Positions 59,916 to 64,000 of a DNA stretch of 64,000 nucleotides are shown piece by piece (the stretch's first letter is position 1; each line of letters opens with the position of its first letter). The notes under the pieces are model-generated. The model was not told the origin of the DNA and ran no database searches. It worked only from the letters and a program-made list of their open reading frames with translations. The translations under genes were made by a program, and so were the position numbers. Source of the DNA: a virus; IMG/VR virus record IMGVR_UViG_3300037549_000096; one strand, written 5' to 3'.

Positions 59916-60323
59916 ATGCTTCAAATTAACTACGGCCTTAATCAGCCTTTCTGCTCTGCTCACACTCCTACTCGACAAGTTAGCGGTACTACGGTATTCG
60001 TTAACGGTCAGTTTGTGAAGCTCGTTAATGGTTTAGCGGTATTAGCCACTACTCCTGCTGACGGTCTTGGTTCTGAGCAGGCTTTTGAACCTAATAACAA
60101 GAATACCGCTGGTGTTCTTACCACTATCCGTGGTATCTACGAAGGTACTACTGATCAGTATGTTACTGCTTCAACTTATACTGATCGTTGCGCTTTAGTT
60201 ATTCGCAATGGTCTGTTAGATGTTGCTGTCGGTGCTACTGAGATTGCCGAAGCTGTTGCTATGGCGGTTGGTGTTCCTGCAAATGGAACTCTCCGTTATA
60301 AGCGTTTAGCTGCTTCCGTATAA
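59916..60323 (+). CDS. Putative capsid decoration/cement protein
   Basis: 135-aa beta-rich protein directly before the capsid gene. Strong RBS. Confidence 0.55.
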   Translation: MLQINYGLNQPFCSAHTPTRQVSGTTVFVNGQFVKLVNGLAVLATTPADGLGSEQAFEPNNKNTAGVLTTIRGIYEGTTDQYVTASTYTDRCALVIRNGLLDVAVGATEIAEAVAMAVGVPANGTLRYKRLAASV

Positions 60324-60348
60324 TAGCGTAACCAAAAGGAGAAGTGCT

Positions 60349-61260
60349 ATGAAAATGAATGTATCTCAACTTTGGGACGCTACCGAAACGATAGAAAAAA
60401 CAGCGGAAACTTCTAACGCTGTCGGATTCTTCACTCGTAGTCGTCTTCGTCAAGAATGCGTTCTTGACCGTGTTCTTCCTCCCCAGTTCATTACTCAGAA
60501 TGATCTGGAACGCAATACAAATGATGACTATCCGTTAATTCGCGTTGAGAAAGAACTCGAAACTACGGCTTTCGCTCTTGGTTTCCGTGGTAGTGCTGAA
60601 ACTGACTGGTTCGATGGTTCTAAGTATGAAATTTACTTCGGACAGGTTAGAACTCAGGAACACAATAAGACTCAAGAAGAATTGATGACCATGAGAGCGC
60701 CTGTGGTTGATTATTTCAACCGTAATGGTGTTTTCGATATCGGTGCTAAGGCTGATATCACCTTTAAGGCTGGTTTAGATGCTGCTGCTGCAGCTGCCTC
60801 TAACGTAATTACTTCTACTTCTACCGCCTTTACTAAGGCAGATGCAGTTAATATGCTTAAGACTATGGAAATTAAGCGTATGCCTGCTGGTTGCTGGATC
60901 GTAACTGAATCTCGTTGGAATGACATTCTCTTAATGTCTCCCAATGATTTAGGTTATACTCTGGTTGGTGAATTAGCTATCAATGGTGCGAAGAAGATTC
61001 CTACCTTCCTCGATATTCCTGTTGTACGCACAATTGAAGCTTATCAGGCTGGTGTTGTTACTTCAGTTTGGGATAATAAGAGCGTTTATCTTTGCTCTAC
61101 TCCTGACTTCCTTGGTAAGAACTTTATTCTCCAGGATGTTCAGTATCACATGGAACGTAAGTATAATTTACTGACTTGGGCCGCTTGGATGACTCGTGGT
61201 GCTGGTATCGGTAATATTAACGCTTCTGTTCGCGCTGATTTCCCTAACGCTGGCATCTAA
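60349..61260 (+). CDS. Major capsid protein (compact, probably HK97/encapsulin-like fold)
   Basis: AAGGAG RBS, strongly biased codons, position, and R.RLR....DRVLPP..IT / FLDIPVVRTI / FLGK motifs. Confidence 0.75.
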   Translation: MKMNVSQLWDATETIEKTAETSNAVGFFTRSRLRQECVLDRVLPPQFITQNDLERNTNDDYPLIRVEKELETTAFALGFRGSAETDWFDGSKYEIYFGQVRTQEHNKTQEELMTMRAPVVDYFNRNGVFDIGAKADITFKAGLDAAAAAASNVITSTSTAFTKADAVNMLKTMEIKRMPAGCWIVTESRWNDILLMSPNDLGYTLVGELAINGAKKIPTFLDIPVVRTIEAYQAGVVTSVWDNKSVYLCSTPDFLGKNFILQDVQYHMERKYNLLTWAAWMTRGAGIGNINASVRADFPNAGI

Positions 61261-61278
61261 CTCTTAATGGAGTAAGAT

Positions 61279-61758
61279 ATGACACAGTACATCAAAGCTG
61301 TTCACGGTAATGTAGCTGCTGGTGGTAAATACTTTCTTGAAGGTATGTCTACTTCTGTAGAAGATGAATTAGCTACTAGTGTTGAAGTTAAACTGATGGT
61401 TGATAAGGGATATTTAAAAGTATTTCCTACTCTTGTCGCTGCTCAGAATCATACTTTCAAATCTATGAGCGAAAAATTTAAGGCTGGAGAAGATATTAAA
61501 GTTCCTTCAGTTAATACCGCTGCTAAAACTGCTGAAGAAGATAAAAAGAAACAGGAAGAACTAGCTAAAGCCACTAAGTTAGCAGAAGAAGAAAAAGCCA
61601 TTGCAGATGCTAAAGTTAAATCTGAAGCTGCTAAAGCTGAATTAGCTGCTGCCGAAGCTGCTAAAGCTGCTGAATTAGCTAATCCTCAAGCTCCTGCTCC
61701 TGTAGTAGCTCCCGTAGATACTACTCTTGCTCCTACTACGGCTACTACCACTAAGTAA
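61279..61758 (+). CDS. Head-associated protein with an Ala/Glu/Lys helix and Pro/Thr tail
   Basis: Follows the capsid gene. AKTAE and TKLAE sites. Confidence 0.6.
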   Translation: MTQYIKAVHGNVAAGGKYFLEGMSTSVEDELATSVEVKLMVDKGYLKVFPTLVAAQNHTFKSMSEKFKAGEDIKVPSVNTAAKTAEEDKKKQEELAKATKLAEEEKAIADAKVKSEAAKAELAAAEAAKAAELANPQAPAPVVAPVDTTLAPTTATTTK

Positions 61759-61778
61759 ACATTATTGGTTTAACAAGG

Positions 61779-61814
61779 TAAAGGCCCGATGTTTATTCGT
61801 CGGGCCTTTATTTT
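61779..61814 (+). terminator. Intrinsic terminator after the capsid operon
   Basis: taaaggcccgatg-tttatt-cgtcgggccttta, then tttt. Confidence 0.88.
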
Positions 61815-61825
61815 AAGGAGTTAGC

Positions 61826-62683
61826 ATGGAAACAAGAGATGATTACTTTAGAACTAGTAAACATTGGTCATTACAGGATCATGCTAAACATGTAAGAAAG
61901 TTTATTAAAGATTTTCCTAAATTAAATGAATTAAAAGGCGTAGAAGAATCTTCTGATTCTGATATTATGCTTTATTCTTTCTTAGCTTTAGACGATTATA
62001 ATTTAACTCCACCTGTTATCTCTCCAGTTCATTTTGAATCTTTTCCTTCTCATAGTTTACTTTTATTGGGAACGGTTTGTTATTCACTTTTAAGTAATGG
62101 TATCTTGCAACATCGTAATTCTATTTCATACCAAGATGGTGGACAAAACGTAAATGTATGGGATAAAGGCCCTGCATATATGGGCAATGCTAAACTATTT
62201 GCTCAATTATGGGAATCTAAAAAAATCGCATTGAAACGATCTATCAATATGTCTAATGGATATGGTATAGTTCAATCTGCTGACTTTAATCTTTATTCTT
62301 ACATGGCGATGTATGGTGGTGATTACATTGTTAGTACAACGGGAACAGAACTTGGAACTTCGCCTATGCCTTTATCTTATCCTGGCAATATTCCTGTGTG
62401 TGGCGATCTTGGTATTTTGCCACCTAAATTGAAAACAAAGACTATTAATTTTTTAATTACTGATTGGGCTCCTGATGCTGATCCTAATTATTACTCTATG
62501 CATTTTTATCATAACTTATTATGTAGAGAAGTTGTATTAGTAATTGAAGATCCTCTTACTATGGAAGACTTATCTTCTAAAATTAAAATATTCAGAGTAT
62601 CAGAAAATCAAGTTTTGTTAAAAGTGCTTAAAAATCCTGATGGCAGACTGAATGGTTTGATTCAATGCTCTGTACCGTTCTAA
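61826..62683 (+). CDS. Putative head-tail adaptor/neck protein
   Basis: VR.FIKD.P.LN.L...E.SD......LALDDYN..PP and NSISYQDGG patterns. Position after the capsid gene. Confidence 0.55.
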   Translation: METRDDYFRTSKHWSLQDHAKHVRKFIKDFPKLNELKGVEESSDSDIMLYSFLALDDYNLTPPVISPVHFESFPSHSLLLLGTVCYSLLSNGILQHRNSISYQDGGQNVNVWDKGPAYMGNAKLFAQLWESKKIALKRSINMSNGYGIVQSADFNLYSYMAMYGGDYIVSTTGTELGTSPMPLSYPGNIPVCGDLGILPPKLKTKTINFLITDWAPDADPNYYSMHFYHNLLCREVVLVIEDPLTMEDLSSKIKIFRVSENQVLLKVLKNPDGRLNGLIQCSVPF

Positions 62684-62712
62684 TTGCTTTTATAATTAAA
62701 TTGTGCTATCCT
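62684..62712 (+). promoter_or_regulatory. Sigma70-type promoter overlapped by a hairpin
   Basis: TTGCTT-17 bp-TATCCT with TG. Inverted repeat tatcctta/taaggata at 62707-62728. Confidence 0.5.
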
Positions 62713-62744
62713 TATAATAGTAAGGATAACTCAAAAGGAACACT

Positions 62745-63551
62745 ATGCCTGAAATTCTAAAAGTTATATACGATGGATTTGAAAAACATGGTATTTGGTA
62801 TATACTTCAAATATTTTTATTGTTTACGATATTTGGAGGTTTAGTCTTAACGTTTTTATTTCTTAAGGCTCAGTTCGGTAAAGCTAAAAATGCTATTAAT
62901 AATGAAGTAAATGTTAATGTTCATTTAAATGAGCAGGAACAAGATGAGTTAACAACTGAACATCATTGGAAAGAGCTATTAAATCATTCATTCTTTAGAT
63001 CAATACAAAAAATGCTCAATTATGAAATTCAACATTTAGAAATAAGAGAACAATTACGTAGAGCTATTTTTAGAGACTTTCTTTTTATTCAATTCACTGT
63101 AATACAAGATAAAATTAAAGAATTTGTAGATGCTGGAGATATGGATAAAATGTCTTCAGATTTATTTCATAATAAGTTATACTCATTAGTAACTGAAATA
63201 CTACAAGAATATGAAGCTAAGGCTTTAAAACAAGGTATTCCTGAAATTGTAATTATTAAATTTAATAAATGGCATAGAGATAAAACTGAAATTATTTATA
63301 ACTTCGTAAATGATGTTTGTGATGCTAATGATTGGTATGTTTCTAATAGTGTAAAATTTTATAGTTTTCTTAATCAAATGGTAAGTATCTTGGATCTTAC
63401 TTTAATTGATGCAAGAAAAACTTTAGTACGTTTGAATGGCGAATTAGATAAAGTTACGTATAAGGGTATTGTTTCTGAAAATAGTTCTTCACACGTAATT
63501 TTTGATAGAGATAGATCAGATGAATTTAAAATTAATAAAAAATCAACATAG
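62745..63551 (+). CDS. Single-TM membrane protein with a large soluble domain
   Basis: N-terminal hydrophobic helix ILQIFLLFTIFGGLVLTFLFL. A holin-like role is only a guess. Confidence 0.65.
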   Translation: MPEILKVIYDGFEKHGIWYILQIFLLFTIFGGLVLTFLFLKAQFGKAKNAINNEVNVNVHLNEQEQDELTTEHHWKELLNHSFFRSIQKMLNYEIQHLEIREQLRRAIFRDFLFIQFTVIQDKIKEFVDAGDMDKMSSDLFHNKLYSLVTEILQEYEAKALKQGIPEIVIIKFNKWHRDKTEIIYNFVNDVCDANDWYVSNSVKFYSFLNQMVSILDLTLIDARKTLVRLNGELDKVTYKGIVSENSSSHVIFDRDRSDEFKINKKST

Positions 63552-63660
63552 AAAATATAAAGAGCATTAATGGTTGTGATGTGGAAGTGGAAAGGGTAAT
63601 AAATTTATCACATAGTTGAAACTTAACATTAACAATGATATTCAAATTATAGTCTCAATG

Positions 63661-63691
63661 AAATAACCTCTTTATGAGGTTATTTTATTTT
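63661..63691 (+). terminator. Intrinsic terminator
   Basis: aaataacctc-tttat-gaggttattt followed by a T tract. Confidence 0.75.
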
Positions 63692-63767
63692 TAAAAAATA
63701 TTGTATAATATTTTGACTTGACAAGTCTATATATATATTACATTATTATATTCTTAGAGGTATACAT

Positions 63768-64000
63768 ATGAAATGTAAACGATGTAAATCTAATTCAGAA
63801 AAAAGTTTATGCCAATATTGTAAAATGTATCTAGGTAAACAATCAACTTCAATTCTAGAAGCTGATTGGTGGATATATGTAAACGAAGAAGAAACTGATA
63901 GATTATTTTTAGAAATTAATAAAGTTCCATGTAGATTTTTATCCATGAATGCTGCTTATCCAAGAAAAGTCGTTGTTTATAACAGTGAACGAAGAATGGA
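63768..64000 (+). CDS. Partial Zn-finger protein running off the window
   Basis: GAGG RBS. MKCKRCKSNSEKSLCQYCK..., open to the window end. Confidence 0.65.
   Translation, partial: MKCKRCKSNSEKSLCQYCKMYLGKQSTSILEADWWIYVNEEETDRLFLEINKVPCRFLSMNAAYPRKVVVYNSERRM

Noticed and set aside
62745-63551. Firm holin call
   Set aside because: Only the single-TM topology supports it, and there is no adjacent endolysin.
1-64000. Stop-codon reassignment
   Set aside because: Long conserved genes are intact in the standard code, and TAA, TAG and TGA all end genes at tight junctions.

Overview
AT-rich segment of a large tailed dsDNA phage genome, read in the standard genetic code, with three blocks. (1) + strand, 1-10.7 kb: a run of tiny genes that all start MIIKLA, a LAGLIDADG endonuclease, a single 1984-aa ORF fusing a trimmed beta and beta' RNA polymerase, and two large unknown genes. 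(2) - strand, about 10.7-52.4 kb, early/replication genes: many small hypotheticals, ATP-dependent ligase, DUF932, CYTH, winged-helix proteins, membrane-anchored SLT, ThyX-like protein, DnaQ exonuclease, dCTP deaminase, sliding-clamp-like protein, Cas4-like nuclease, Gp3-like protein, RecD-like helicase, SbcC-like ATPase, primase-helicase, SNF2 helicase, VRR-NUC, three homing endonucleases and one deleted relic. (3) + strand, 52.5-64 kb, packaging/head module: large terminase, putative maturation protease, major capsid protein, putative adaptor. The two most notable signals are the single-chain RNAP and a K-x-A motif that recurs through the head-module proteins and forms the whole N-terminal leader of a family of small cationic peptides. 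The motif suggests a protease-dependent capsid cargo-tagging and processing system. All calls come from motif recognition by eye; no database search was run.
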